Source: Candidatus Multivoradales bacterium
GTDB taxonomy: Bacteria; Acidobacteriota; Thermoanaerobaculia; Multivoradales; Multivoraceae
Reading direction: 5' to 3'
Assembly (NCBI GenBank): GCA_965223325.1
Contig: CBDCWI010000002.1
Coordinates: 1,376,001-1,440,000 of the forward strand
DNA: 64,000 nucleotides
Position 1 is the stretch's first letter, and each line of letters begins with the position of its first letter. Below, in pieces: positions 53,907 through 64,000 of this stretch. A program made the translations under genes and the position numbers. The notes under the pieces were generated by a model. The model was not told the DNA's origin. It worked only from the letters and a program-made list of their open reading frames with translations, and did not search any database.

Positions 53907-56900
53907 CTACTCGCCGACGACCCTGCTCCAGGCCGAGGTGCTCGAGGACTCGAAGTCGTCACCGAAGAGGCTCGTGTCCTCCATCGGAAGACCGCCAACC
54001 CGGAGGGCGGGATCGCCCAGCAGGTTGTAGATCTCGAGCATGTGCGGGAAGTCGATGTCGGAGCCTTCGTAGCCCGCCATCGCATCGCGCATCGCCTCAC
54101 CCAGCGTCTCGCGTTCGCGAAGCGCGGTGACGAAGGCCTTGTTGAGCTCGTGGGCGCCATCGTTGATCGACAGACCCGATGGTGCCCAGACTGCGACCGC
54201 ACCACCGTCTTCGTCGGCAACCAACGCTTCACCCAGGGAGGTGTAGCCCGGCAGCTCGAAGCGTCCGACGCTGCAGGTCATGCTCGAGACGATCGGCAGG
54301 CGAGCCTGCGGTCCGAGTGTCGCGACGTCGGCGGTGGTCAACAGCCCCTCGGCGGCGAAGCGATCGAGACCGCCATGGCCGATGAAGTTCACCATCCACA
54401 CGCCGTTCTCGATGGCCGTCTTGATCGTCGCCCTGATCGTGGCCTCCGCACCCGGCGTGAAGTACGCCTTGTCGAGCTTGTAGCCATCCAGGAGGGCTGC
54501 AACTTCTTCCGCATCGCCGTCGAAATCGCCAGCCTCGTCGTCATTGTCGGCAACCAGGAGGACGCGATCGACATTGGGTGCGCGCGTACTCTCGAAGCCA
54601 GCCATCTTGGAGATGAAGTCCATGAGCTCGACTTCCGAGACCGCCGGGATGCGGCCAACGATGACCTCTGGCACGCCGTCGTCACCGACGACATCGCCGA
54701 GGCCAGCGTCCGAGGCGAACAGACCCTGCGGAGTCGCCACCATCTCGGGCGGCGCCAGGTTGGTGTTGGCCTCCTGGACTCCCTTGAAGTCGAGGGTGCC
54801 CTTGCCAACGATGACCGCGTACACCGGCTTGGTCGACCAGCTGTTCCAGGCCTCGGCCAGGTACGCACCAACCGCCGAGCCCTTGCGCTGACCGTCGCCG
54901 TACTCATCCCAGACGTCGAGCAGGTCGACGACACTGGTGCTGAGTCCATCGAGCGCCCGGTAGTTGGCGAGCTCCTGTGCTCCGCTTGCCAGTTCAGGCG
55001 GTGCGAAGACCAGGTACTCGGCTTCTACCATCGTCGGCCTACGCGAAGCCGTCGGGGTGAGGTTTGTAACGGCTTCGGAACCGTAGAGGAAGTAGCTCGC
55101 ACCAGCGGCGGCGTTCCAGGAGTAGGTGGTCGAACCCGCCTGCTCGTCGACCGCGCCGCCACTCAAGCGGACCGCCATCCTCGGGTCACTGACGTCGAGG
55201 GCCTGGACGGCCGCTGAGCTGAAGCCGCTCACCTCATGGTTGCCGCCACTCTCGGCGACCAGACTGAGCTGGTTGGACTCAGCTGCTGGGTTGCGCAGGT
55301 AGTCGACGGTGAACTTGTCGAGGTAGACGACACTCTGGGCGACACCCGGGTGCAGAACTCCGACCAGCTCGAGCGTGTTGCTCGCCTGGAGGAGACTGCC
55401 CTCGAACGTCAGCTGATGCGTGCGCGGACCGTCACCGTCCCAGTCGACCTGTCCGATCGACACGTCGTTGAGTAGAACCTCGAGACCATGGTCGGGGTTG
55501 TCGGCCGCCTTGGTCGCGGAGTAGACCTCGAGCGAGACCGTCGCCATGCCGGAACCGGCCGCGCCGTCGAGCTCGAAGCCAACTGTCTGCGTACCCGCAG
55601 TCGGGTTGCCGGCTACGATCGGCTTCCAGTACCAGAAATCCACGGTGTCGTCGCGCAGCGCTGCCGTAGCGTAGAAGACGTCGTCTTCGAAGACCGCACT
55701 GGCACCTACCGGGTTGCTCGAGGCACCTCCAGCCGGTACCGCACTGCTCGTCGGCGCTTTGGATCCTGCTGCCAGTTCGACGAAGTAGACGTCGTAGTTG
55801 GCGAAGTGTGAACTCGGTGCCGGAGCGTAGAAGCCCACTGCTGAGGCGACTCCGAAGCTGACATCCAGCGGCCACCAGGCGACGTCCTCACCGTTCGAAA
55901 CGATGCGCAGGTCGCCTGTCGCGATGCCCGCCTGTACGGATTCCGACGTAGCGGCGGTCACCGCGGCGATGTCAGCAACGGAGACGCGGTAGACGCCTTC
56001 CGCTGTGACCTCGACCCGTGCCCGGTCGCCGACCGCACCGGCTCCGGCCGCCAGACCGGCACGCTGGCGGAGATTCCGGTCGAGACCGTCGACCCGCGCC
56101 TCGTGGACCGCGCTCGAGCGCACGCTGCGCTCGACCCGATCGACCGGCTCGGCTGCTACGTCCTCGGCGGTGGCCATGTAGGGACCATGCCACTGCTCGA
56201 CGCCGCTCATCTCGATCTCGAGGACCCAGTACTCGTACTCGACCCCCGCCTCGGCGCCGGCATCAGGCAAGCGATAGGTGCTGCCCTGTCCTGCACCGAC
56301 GACGGCCGGGATCATCCTGTCGTTGGCCTTCTCGAAGGCGTCGCCGTTCGAGCGGTAGAGCCAGTAGCCCACCGTCCCGACTTCGCTCGCCGTCTGAAAC
56401 TCGACCTGCACACCCCGCGGTCCGCGCTTCGTCTCGAACTCGCTGACCAGGGCATCCGTCGAGGGACGGGAGTAGCCGAAGTCGTGGTTGGGTGAATTGG
56501 CACCGGAGATGCTCACCGGCTCGACGCTGGCCGTGGCCAACTGCGTCGTCTGGATGGCACCGTCGAGGAATGAGCCGGAGGTATCGACCACCACGATCCA
56601 GTCGGTGCCATTGGGCAGACCGGTGAACTGGTAGGAACCCAGGTTCGGCGTGGTTGCCTTCGAGGTCTGCGTACCGAACATCGGATCGGTGGGATCGAGA
56701 ACCCCATCGCCGTCCAGGTCGCGGTAGAGCTCGACGGTGACGTTGCCGACACCAGATTCGGCTGGGGGCTCGCGGTTGCCGTCAGCGTCGCCGTCGAACC
56801 ACACCGTGCCGCTCAAGCTGTACGACGTCACGGAAGCGGTGAAGCCGAAGTCCGCGGTGAGGACCGCCGGAGTACGCGACGAGGTGATGGTCACGGGGTA

Positions 56901-59900
56901 GGGACTCGCTTGGGAGTTGTTGTCCTGGCCCGTCGCGCCCGACGTCATACCGAACTGGTCGGTGACGTCCTCGGTGTCGTGCACGATCACGAAGTAGGTC
57001 CCGAATGGAACGTTCTTGAACAGGTAGCCGCCGTCGCGATCCGTCTTCTGCTGCTGCTGCAGACTGTCGATGCCCGCCTGGTAGGTCCCATTGGCGTTCT
57101 CGTCCTTCCAGAGACCGAGCCAGACGCGCTCGAGGCCCTGCTCGCCCACATCGTAGACGCCATCGCCATCGACGTCGTGCCAGACGAAGTTGCCGACCGT
57201 ACCGAGACCCGGCGATGAGTAGCCGAAGTCCGCATCGGTGTACTCAGCGCCGGCCGCCAAGGCGATGAGGGCAGTCGGGTTAGAGGCGGTCGTCAGGTTG
57301 AGACCCGAGAGGATGCCAGAAAGGTCGGTGACTTCGACGCGGTAGTCGCCGGCAACCAAGCCTGTGAAGCCATAGATGCCGCCCCCACCAGTCGTCGTCG
57401 TGGCCACCAGATCGCCGTTCGAGTCGGTGAGGTTGACCGTCACGTTCTTGATTCCGGGCTCGCCAGCATCCTGCACACCGTCGCCATCGACGTCGTGCCA
57501 GACGCGATCACCGATCCCACCCGTTGCACCACCGGTGAAGCCGTAGTCGGCGAGCAGCACGTCGGCCGAAAGGTCGACGTAGAAGCCTTCGGCGGCCGAG
57601 GGCTGGTTGGTCGGCGTGGTTCCGATGCCGGCCGGAAGATCACTCGTATCAACCGTCGCGGTGTAGGTACCGGTCTGGGTAATGCCAGTCACCAGATAGA
57701 AGCCGTTTGCCTTGGTGGTGGCCGTCTGGCTGTAGCTACCCGGGCCGGTCACTGTCACGTCGACGCCCTTGATTCCGGCCTCACCCTTGTCCTGGAGACC
57801 GTTGGCGTTGTCGTCGTGCCAGATGAAGTCACCGAGTGCCACGCCGGTGGCCGGCGCATAGCCGAAGTCGGCGTTCATCAGGTTCTCACCCGACGGCAGG
57901 TTGACCAGGGCCTGCGCCGGGGTTCCGGTCGTAGCGCTGAAGCCACTCGGCAGGCTGCTTTCCACTGGATCGACCCAGTAGGAGCCGGCGAGCAGCGACC
58001 CAAAGGCGTAGAAGCCGTTCGAGTCGGTCGTCATCGTGCTGAGCAGGGTGTCGTCGCCACCCGGCTCGAAGCTGCCATCGCCATCGTCGACGTAGAGACG
58101 TACAGTTACGTCGGCGATGCCTTCTTCGGAGCCCTGCTCGGTACCGTCGCGGTTGGCGTCGAACCAGACCGTGTCGCCGATCGAGCCAACGACCGGGTTG
58201 TCACCGAAGCCGAGATCGAGGGAGTGCATGTTGACCCCGGCGCCACCGGTGTTGACCACCGCACCCACGAAGGTCGTCGCCGCACGCGTGCCGCAGCTGA
58301 CGCTCGAGGCCTCGGAGTCGTGCAGGTCGGAGCCCTGCCCCGCCACGGTCGCCTGGTAGCCCGCCAGGGCGTTGCCACTGGTGAAGTTACTGTCCTTGAC
58401 CCGAATGTAGTAGGTCGAGTTATAGGCGATCGATCCGCTCACCTGGCCGACGGACGCATCACCCATCGAATGCGGAGCGCGAGGATCGGTCGAACCGATG
58501 AAGTAGAACTCACCGGCGGCGTTGGTCGTCGCCGAGGCAACCACCGCGCAGCTACCGTCGAGCAGCTCGAGGTCGACCCCGCTGAGCGGTGCCTCCCCCG
58601 CATCCTGGATGCCGTCCTCATCAATGTCAGCCCAGACGCGGTTACCGATCTCGATCGATGGTGCGTCGCAGAGGATCTCGACATCACCGAGACCGTTGGT
58701 CTTGCCGTAGACGTCGCCGTGACCGGAGATCACGTCGTACTGGCGGGTCTTGGCACCGTCGGCGGTGAACCACGAGAAGCCGTTGAAGAACGCGTAGTGA
58801 CCATCCTTGGTACTGGCAATGATCTCGGGGAATCCCGGGCGTGAGGCCAGGCCACCGAGGGCCGACTCGCCGCGAAACGCAGCACTGTCGTCGGCAAAGT
58901 AATACTCACCGCCGCCGATGCCCTGGGTGTTGTTGGCACCGAGAGTCGTCCGGCCACCGCAGCTGCCATTGTTCTCGATGGTCCAGGTCGCACCGACCTT
59001 GCAGGCACGCAAGATGTCGCCTGAGGCCGTGACGTCTTCGTGCTTGAAGTCACCCGAGCGTGAACGAATGCCGATCACCATGTCGCCCTGGTCGAATTCG
59101 ATGTCGGCGACCATCGGTTCTGGCGACCTGCTCATGAAGCCCCAGGGAACGAACGCATTGCTGTTGAAGTCGCGATGCAGGTAGGTCAGCGGGACGTTCA
59201 GCACCTGGGTGAAGGTGTCGGTCGTTGGGTTGAAGGTGTAGACGTAGGCCTTGAGGTTGGCTGCAGTCGCTGTGCTCTCGGCACTGCAGACCACGCCGAC
59301 GTAGACGTTGTCGTCGGTGGCGTCGGAGTGGTTGAAGCCGAGGCCCCATGGGCGAATGTCACCGTCGTTGACGCAGTCACCCTGGTCGAGCGGAATGGCG
59401 TGACGGAGAATCGCTGACGCTGCCGGTGCGGTACCGCCGGCGCCCAGCGGGAGCTCGACGAGCTCGCGATAGCTGTCAGCCACATTGATCGCCCACAGGG
59501 TCTGCTCATCTTTGCTGAGCTCGATGTCACCGAGCCCGACCTTGCCGATCTTGGGATCGAGCAGCGGCGGCGGGTCAGTGATCGTGCCGGAGTAGTCGGA
59601 GATCGAGTGCTCGCTCAACATGGCCGCTGCCAGGTCGATGAACAGCGTCACCGTCTCCGGGTCGGTGCTGTAGTCGATTGAGTAGATCGCACCGAGACCG
59701 TCCGGCGGCAACGAGGTCGTCGCGCTGGCGGTGGCACCGGCAAACAGCTGCTGGCTCGAACGATGGTAGGCAAGGCCGTAGAGCGAGCCCACCTGAGCGG
59801 CCGAGGCCGGGTAGTTGTGCGACGCACCCTGGAACCATGGCGGGTCCTGATCGCTGGCGTCCCAGGGGAAGTCGAGAACCGCAGCCAGGCTCTGGTCGCC

Positions 59901-62900
59901 CGTCGACTGGACGAAGCAGGTGCTGGCCGCCCGGGCACCGGGCTGGCAGTAGTCCTGTGGCCGGTTGATCGAGATGCTCACCCCGCAGGCTGGGCTGGTC
60001 ACGAACTGGACTGTACTGCCGGTACCGCCAGCAACCGGGCCCGGGTTCGAGCCATTCGCCAGCGAGGTGAACTCGACCCGCACCGGGGTGCCGTTGGGAA
60101 CCGACAGTTCGTAGGTACCGTTGGCGGTCGTGGTGGTTGTCGCAACCAGGTTGTTCTGGTTGTTGTAGGCCTTGACCGTCGTACCCGAGAAGAAGCCCTC
60201 GAGCGGATCGAGAAGACCGTTGCCGTTGTAGTCCTGGAACACCAGGCCCTTGATCTTGTTGGCGCTGGTTGTACACGTTGTGTAGACGCCGGCGTCGTAC
60301 TCGGAATCCGACGCGAGGTCTTTGGCCGAGTTCGATGTCAGAGTGAACGTATCGGTCTTGCCAGTGGCATCGGCATCACTGTCCAGGGTGTCGTCGCCAC
60401 CAGCATCCTTGGGACTGAAGGTGAAGCCCATGCCGCTCGGCAGGATGTACTTGAGGTACCAGTCGCCCGGCAGCAGATCACCTTCGAGGTAGGTGCCCAG
60501 AGCCGTGAGACTGGACGCCTTGGTGCTCTCCCTGAAGGTCCAGAAGTTGCCGATCTCCCAGCTGCCATCGAAACGCGTCACGGTCGTGTAGTAGGGCGAG
60601 GAGCCCGCTGGCCGCCACACTTCGACGGTGACACCGGGAATGCCTGGCTCGTTCGCATCCTGGATGCCGTCCTGATCGAGGTCGCGGAAAACGCGATCAC
60701 CGAGGACCGGGCTGACGATCCAACCCATGTCGACGGCGCTGACTGTCGACTCGCCGTCGTGGGTGATGGTCGGACCGAAGACTGAACCGTAGCTGTGTCC
60801 GAACGTCGCGCTACCGATTCCGAAGTCGCTGTCGGCCAGGTCGTCGCCAACGTCCTTCAACGTGTGCCAGCGCATTCCGTTCTGACGAGAATTGACATCC
60901 CAATCGACATCTTCGAAAGTGGCGCTGTTCTTGAAGCTGATCGACGGCGTGTAGTCGCCGGCCGCACTGATGGGAATCTCGTAGCAGCCGGTTGTGAGGT
61001 TGATGGTGCCGCCGGAAGTGCTGAAGGGGAAGGCGGTGACATTGGCCTGGATCTGGGCACCCTTGTCGACAGCGAAGTCTTCCCCAGACTGACGAATACC
61101 GTCGTAGTTCTGGTCTTCCCAGAAGCAACCGCGAATCATCGGCGGTGTGTCGAGACCGAAGTCCGCGTTGGTGAACGCCTGGCCGTCGCCGAGCGTTACC
61201 GCTACGGGATCCGTGGTCGTCTTGGTGGTGCCGGTGGGCAGCAGACCGTCGACGACGTCGACCGTGTAGTTGCCCTGGAAGAGCCCGCTGAAGGTGTAGA
61301 CGCCCGAAGCGTTGCTCATCGTACGCGGGCAATCGGTACCCGGTGTGCATACCCCGTTCTGAAGTTCGACAACGATGCCGCCAAGCACGATGTCACCAGC
61401 ATTGTAGGTGCCACTTGCGTCCACGTCTTCGAAGATCAGGTCACCGATCGAACCCGGGCCGGTGGCCGGCAGGTCGTAACCGAAGTCGGCGTCGTTGTAG
61501 TCCTCATCGACTCCGAGGTTGACGATCAGCGGCTCGTTGCCGGTGGTCAGCGTCGAGCCGGCTGGCAACGTCGTCTCGTCGACGTCCACGCAGTAGGTAC
61601 CCGTGAGGTATCCCTTGAAGTTGTAGAAGCCCGTCGAATCGGTCTGCTGGGTCTCGAGGATCGCACCCGCGCAGGTGGTATCGCGCAGACGGACCGTCAC
61701 CAGAGCAACGCCCGGCTCCGAATCGTCGCTACCGTTGACGTTCAGATCGTCATAGATCCGGTCACCGATGTGGCCTTGCGGACCCTGGTAGCCGAAGTGG
61801 AAGAAGTTGTAGTTGGTCGACGAAGAAACACCGATGCCACCCAGGGGCTCGGCGGTGCCGGTGTAGGTGTAATTCGGCGGTAGTGTCGAATCGTCGACAT
61901 CGATCCAGTAGGTATCGGCGATCAGCCCGTCGAGGGTGTACGTACCGTCGGCCGCCGTGACCGCGGTGCGCTTGATCGGCCCGGTGGCACTCCCGGAGCG
62001 CGCGTAGACCGTGACGCCCTCGAGGCGCCCAGTTTCACCAAAGGCACTGTTGTCACCGTTCTCGTCGTCCCAGAGGTAGCCACCGAGGGAACCGCCGCTG
62101 ATCTGGTAGCCGATGTCGGCGAGATCGTAGTCCTGATGTCCCACGATGGTCACCAGTCGAGGTTCGGTCCCGCCGGTGTGGGTCGCACCACCCGGGAGGG
62201 AGGTCTCGTCAACGTCGACGCAGTAGGTCCCTGCGGCGAGGCCGGTGAAGTCGTAGGCGCCGGCGCCATTGGTGACCTTGGTCTGGACCGTGGCCCCGGC
62301 ACAGCTGCCGCCCTTGAGCCAGACGGTGACACCTGAGACGCCACCCTCACTGTTGTCCAATCCGTTGCCGTCGGCGTCTTCCCAGATCTTGTCGCCGATG
62401 GTGGCGTCGTTCACCTGGTAGCCGACGTCGGCCAGGTTGTAGTCCTGCCCGGCGGAAAGTGAAAGCAACCGCGGTTCGGTCCCACCGGTGTGGGTCGCAC
62501 CAGCTGGCAGCGACGACTCGAGCACGTCGACACAGTAGGTGCCGGCGGCGAGAGTGGTGAAGTCGTAGGCACCGGTCCCGTCGGTGACATCGGTCTTGAT
62601 GACCGAGCCCGAGCAGCCGCCGGAACGCAGCTGGACCGTGACGCCAGAAAGACCGCCTTCGCCGGCGTCCTGGATACCGTCGCCATCGTCGTCGGCCCAG
62701 ATCCGGTCGCCGATCGTGGCGTTGTCGATTCGGTAGCCGACGTCGGCTGTGTTGTAGTCCTGGCGAGCAGTCAGGGTGAGCAGCTTCGGCTCGGTTCCAC
62801 CTGTGTGGGTGGCGCCAGTGGGCAGCGACGACTCGAGGACGTCGACGCAGTAGGTGCCGGCCTGCAGCCCGGTGAAGTCGTAGCTTCCGGTGGCGCCAGT

Positions 62901-64000
62901 GACCTTGGTCTGGACAACCGACCCGGCGCAGCTGCCCGAGCGTAGGTTGACGGTGACGCCAGAGAGGCCGGGCTCGGAGTCGTCCGTGCCGTTGCCGTTC
63001 GAGTCCTGCCAGATGCGGTCGCCGATGGTCGCATCATCGATGCGGTAGCCAACGTCGGCGCCGTTGTAGTCCTGGCCCGAGGTGATAGTGACCAGACGCG
63101 GCTCGGTACCGCCGGTCTTGACAGCCCCGGAGGGCAGAGACGCTTCGAGCACGTCGACACAGTAGGTGCCAGCGACGAGGTTGGTGAAGTCGTAGGTTCC
63201 GACCGCCGAGGTGACCTTGGTCACACTCACCGGGCCAGCACAGGTACCCGACCGCAGTTGCACACTCACACCGGAGATCCCAGGCTCAGAGTCGTCGGTA
63301 CCGTTGCCGTTGGCGTCTTCCCAGATGCGGTCGCCGATCGAGGCCGTACCACCGCCGGTGCCGGTGATCACGATCTTCGCGCGGTTGTAGGTTCCAGAGT
63401 CGCCGGCTGACGCATCACAGATCTCGAGCGTCCAGGTGCCGTTCGAGGTTTCGCCATCGAAGGCGTCGAGGGCGTTGTTGGGTGCGCTCGCGCCGGTGTC
63501 GGGATGCGCCGTCCGCTCATTCTCGTAGTAGGGCGAAGCCACGTTGTCGTCGTCACCGTCGTCGAGCCCGTTCGCACTGTCGGAGTCGACCAACACGTCG
63601 TAGTTCTTGCGGTTGGCTCCGCTTCCCCAGATGAAGTTGGCGGTGGTCGCGTTGGGCGAGGTCAAGCGCATGCGCAGGTCGCCACGGTAGGTGTGGGTGA
63701 CATTGACGCCGACATTGACATCGGTGATGGTCATCGACTCGCTGACCGAGAACGTGCGACTGAGCGACCCGGTCCAACAGGGCGTCGTGACGTTGTCGAT
63801 CGTATTGCTCGTGGTGTCGGTGTTCTCGTAGGTCACGGTGCCACCGCCACCACCGCCGGAGATCTGGTAACCAAAGTCAGCGGAGTTGTAGTCCTGGCCC
63901 GAGGTCAGGTTTACAGTCAGGGGCTCCGTACCGCCAGTGAGAGTCGCACCCGCTGGAAGGGTCGTGTTGTCGACGTCGACACAGTAGGTACCGGGGGTCA
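53907..64000 (-). CDS. Giant (>3,360 aa, 5' end outside window) surface protein: SdrD B-like repeats, P-domain, beta-propeller-like region, C25 (gingipain-like) cysteine peptidase, LFxDDFES tail
   Basis: Frame stays open to the window edge with another repeat (GTYCVDVD...ADFGY); about 16 complete IGD.(I/V)W.D...G repeats; HTYRGDL...NGTWTL (P-domain); VGRIP, NFIGHG (His), SMTCSVG (Cys), YNLLGDP. Confidence 0.93.
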   Translation of the reverse strand, partial: TPGTYCVDVDNTTLPAGATLTGGTEPLTVNLTSGQDYNSADFGYQISGGGGGGTVTYENTDTTSNTIDNVTTPCWTGSLSRTFSVSESMTITDVNVGVNVTHTYRGDLRMRLTSPNATTANFIWGSGANRKNYDVLVDSDSANGLDDGDDDNVASPYYENERTAHPDTGASAPNNALDAFDGETSNGTWTLEICDASAGDSGTYNRAKIVITGTGGGTASIGDRIWEDANGNGTDDSEPGISGVSVQLRSGTCAGPVSVTKVTSAVGTYDFTNLVAGTYCVDVLEASLPSGAVKTGGTEPRLVTITSGQDYNGADVGYRIDDATIGDRIWQDSNGNGTDDSEPGLSGVTVNLRSGSCAGSVVQTKVTGATGSYDFTGLQAGTYCVDVLESSLPTGATHTGGTEPKLLTLTARQDYNTADVGYRIDNATIGDRIWADDDGDGIQDAGEGGLSGVTVQLRSGGCSGSVIKTDVTDGTGAYDFTTLAAGTYCVDVLESSLPAGATHTGGTEPRLLSLSAGQDYNLADVGYQVNDATIGDKIWEDADGNGLDNSEGGVSGVTVWLKGGSCAGATVQTKVTNGAGAYDFTGLAAGTYCVDVDETSLPGGATHTGGTEPRLVTIVGHQDYDLADIGYQISGGSLGGYLWDDENGDNSAFGETGRLEGVTVYARSGSATGPIKRTAVTAADGTYTLDGLIADTYWIDVDDSTLPPNYTYTGTAEPLGGIGVSSSTNYNFFHFGYQGPQGHIGDRIYDDLNVNGSDDSEPGVALVTVRLRDTTCAGAILETQQTDSTGFYNFKGYLTGTYCVDVDETTLPAGSTLTTGNEPLIVNLGVDEDYNDADFGYDLPATGPGSIGDLIFEDVDASGTYNAGDIVLGGIVVELQNGVCTPGTDCPRTMSNASGVYTFSGLFQGNYTVDVVDGLLPTGTTKTTTDPVAVTLGDGQAFTNADFGLDTPPMIRGCFWEDQNYDGIRQSGEDFAVDKGAQIQANVTAFPFSTSGGTINLTTGCYEIPISAAGDYTPSISFKNSATFEDVDWDVNSRQNGMRWHTLKDVGDDLADSDFGIGSATFGHSYGSVFGPTITHDGESTVSAVDMGWIVSPVLGDRVFRDLDQDGIQDANEPGIPGVTVEVWRPAGSSPYYTTVTRFDGSWEIGNFWTFRESTKASSLTALGTYLEGDLLPGDWYLKYILPSGMGFTFSPKDAGGDDTLDSDADATGKTDTFTLTSNSAKDLASDSEYDAGVYTTCTTSANKIKGLVFQDYNGNGLLDPLEGFFSGTTVKAYNNQNNLVATTTTTANGTYELSVPNGTPVRVEFTSLANGSNPGPVAGGTGSTVQFVTSPACGVSISINRPQDYCQPGARAASTCFVQSTGDQSLAAVLDFPWDASDQDPPWFQGASHNYPASAAQVGSLYGLAYHRSSQQLFAGATASATTSLPPDGLGAIYSIDYSTDPETVTLFIDLAAAMLSEHSISDYSGTITDPPPLLDPKIGKVGLGDIELSKDEQTLWAINVADSYRELVELPLGAGGTAPAASAILRHAIPLDQGDCVNDGDIRPWGLGFNHSDATDDNVYVGVVCSAESTATAANLKAYVYTFNPTTDTFTQVLNVPLTYLHRDFNSNAFVPWGFMSRSPEPMVADIEFDQGDMVIGIRSRSGDFKHEDVTASGDILRACKVGATWTIENNGSCGGRTTLGANNTQGIGGGEYYFADDSAAFRGESALGGLASRPGFPEIIASTKDGHYAFFNGFSWFTADGAKTRQYDVISGHGDVYGKTNGLGDVEILCDAPSIEIGNRVWADIDEDGIQDAGEAPLSGVDLELLDGSCAVVASATTNAAGEFYFIGSTDPRAPHSMGDASVGQVSGSIAYNSTYYIRVKDSNFTSGNALAGYQATVAGQGSDLHDSEASSVSCGTRAATTFVGAVVNTGGAGVNMHSLDLGFGDNPVVGSIGDTVWFDANRDGTEQGSEEGIADVTVRLYVDDGDGSFEPGGDDTLLSTMTTDSNGFYAFGSLLAGSYWVDPVESSLPSGFSATTGTPAQALVNLPSGENLMNADFGYAPATGVALGDFIWHDDNANGLQDKGEAGIKGVDVTVTGPGSYSQTATTKANGFYLVTGITQTGTYTATVDTSDLPAGIGTTPTNQPSAAEGFYVDLSADVLLADYGFTGGATGGIGDRVWHDVDGDGVQDAGEPGIKNVTVNLTDSNGDLVATTTTGGGGIYGFTGLVAGDYRVEVTDLSGILSGLNLTTASNPTALIALAAGAEYTDADFGYSSPGLGTVGNFVWHDVDGDGVYDVGEQGLERVWLGLWKDENANGTYQAGIDSLQQQQKTDRDGGYLFKNVPFGTYFVIVHDTEDVTDQFGMTSGATGQDNNSQASPYPVTITSSRTPAVLTADFGFTASVTSYSLSGTVWFDGDADGNREPPAESGVGNVTVELYRDLDGDGVLDPTDPMFGTQTSKATTPNLGSYQFTGLPNGTDWIVVVDTSGSFLDGAIQTTQLATASVEPVSISGANSPNHDFGYSRPSTDALVSEFETKRGPRGVQVEFQTASEVGTVGYWLYRSNGDAFEKANDRMIPAVVGAGQGSTYRLPDAGAEAGVEYEYWVLEIEMSGVEQWHGPYMATAEDVAAEPVDRVERSVRSSAVHEARVDGLDRNLRQRAGLAAGAGAVGDRARVEVTAEGVYRVSVADIAAVTAATSESVQAGIATGDLRIVSNGEDVAWWPLDVSFGVASAVGFYAPAPSSHFANYDVYFVELAAGSKAPTSSAVPAGGASSNPVGASAVFEDDVFYATAALRDDTVDFWYWKPIVAGNPTAGTQTVGFELDGAAGSGMATVSLEVYSATKAADNPDHGLEVLLNDVSIGQVDWDGDGPRTHQLTFEGSLLQASNTLELVGVLHPGVAQSVVYLDKFTVDYLRNPAAESNQLSLVAESGGNHEVSGFSSAAVQALDVSDPRMAVRLSGGAVDEQAGSTTYSWNAAAGASYFLYGSEAVTNLTPTASRRPTMVEAEYLVFAPPELASGAQELANYRALDGLSTSVVDLLDVWDEYGDGQRKGSAVGAYLAEAWNSWSTKPVYAVIVGKGTLDFKGVQEANTNLAPPEMVATPQGLFASDAGLGDVVGDDGVPEVIVGRIPAVSEVELMDFISKMAGFESTRAPNVDRVLLVADNDDEAGDFDGDAEEVAALLDGYKLDKAYFTPGAEATIRATIKTAIENGVWMVNFIGHGGLDRFAAEGLLTTADVATLGPQARLPIVSSMTCSVGRFELPGYTSLGEALVADEDGGAVAVWAPSGLSINDGAHELNKAFVTALRERETLGEAMRDAMAGYEGSDIDFPHMLEIYNLLGDPALRVGGLPMEDTSLFGDDFESSSTSAWSRVVGE

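Overview
High-GC bacterial chromosomal window with about 45 protein-coding genes. I found no rRNA, tRNA, CRISPR array, integrase or transposase. Gene families and C-terminal motifs suggest Acidobacteriota, probably Thermoanaerobaculia-like (inference). Housekeeping and general genes include speA, xth, coaA, a peroxiredoxin, an ABC exporter, a Na+:solute symporter, an LpxL-like acyltransferase, an ECF42-type sigma with a DGPF partner, and an RDD-SpoIIM-DUF4129-DUF4350-MoxR-DUF58 operon. These sit among many secreted or envelope proteins. Strongest candidates for new biology: (1) a translationally coupled three-gene split copper amine oxidase, made of a separate N2/N3-domain subunit, a catalytically dead paralog, and a catalytic subunit with a non-canonical A-Y-N quinone site; (2) a shared C-terminal (I/L)FxD(G/D)(F/L)E(S/G)xxxxxW tail on three unrelated secreted proteins, one of them a >3,360-aa SdrD-B-repeat/C25 gingipain-like protease, suggesting an uncharacterised surface-sorting signal; (3) an arfABC-like BON-OmpA / 49-aa membrane peptide / double-DUF4332 triad; (4) a nested in-frame start in an AraC-GyrI gene; (5) a roughly 1-kb intergenic region holding 44-bp hairpin repeats, a 31-bp inverted-repeat element and strong strand skew. 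All family calls come from motif recognition by eye; no database searches were run.
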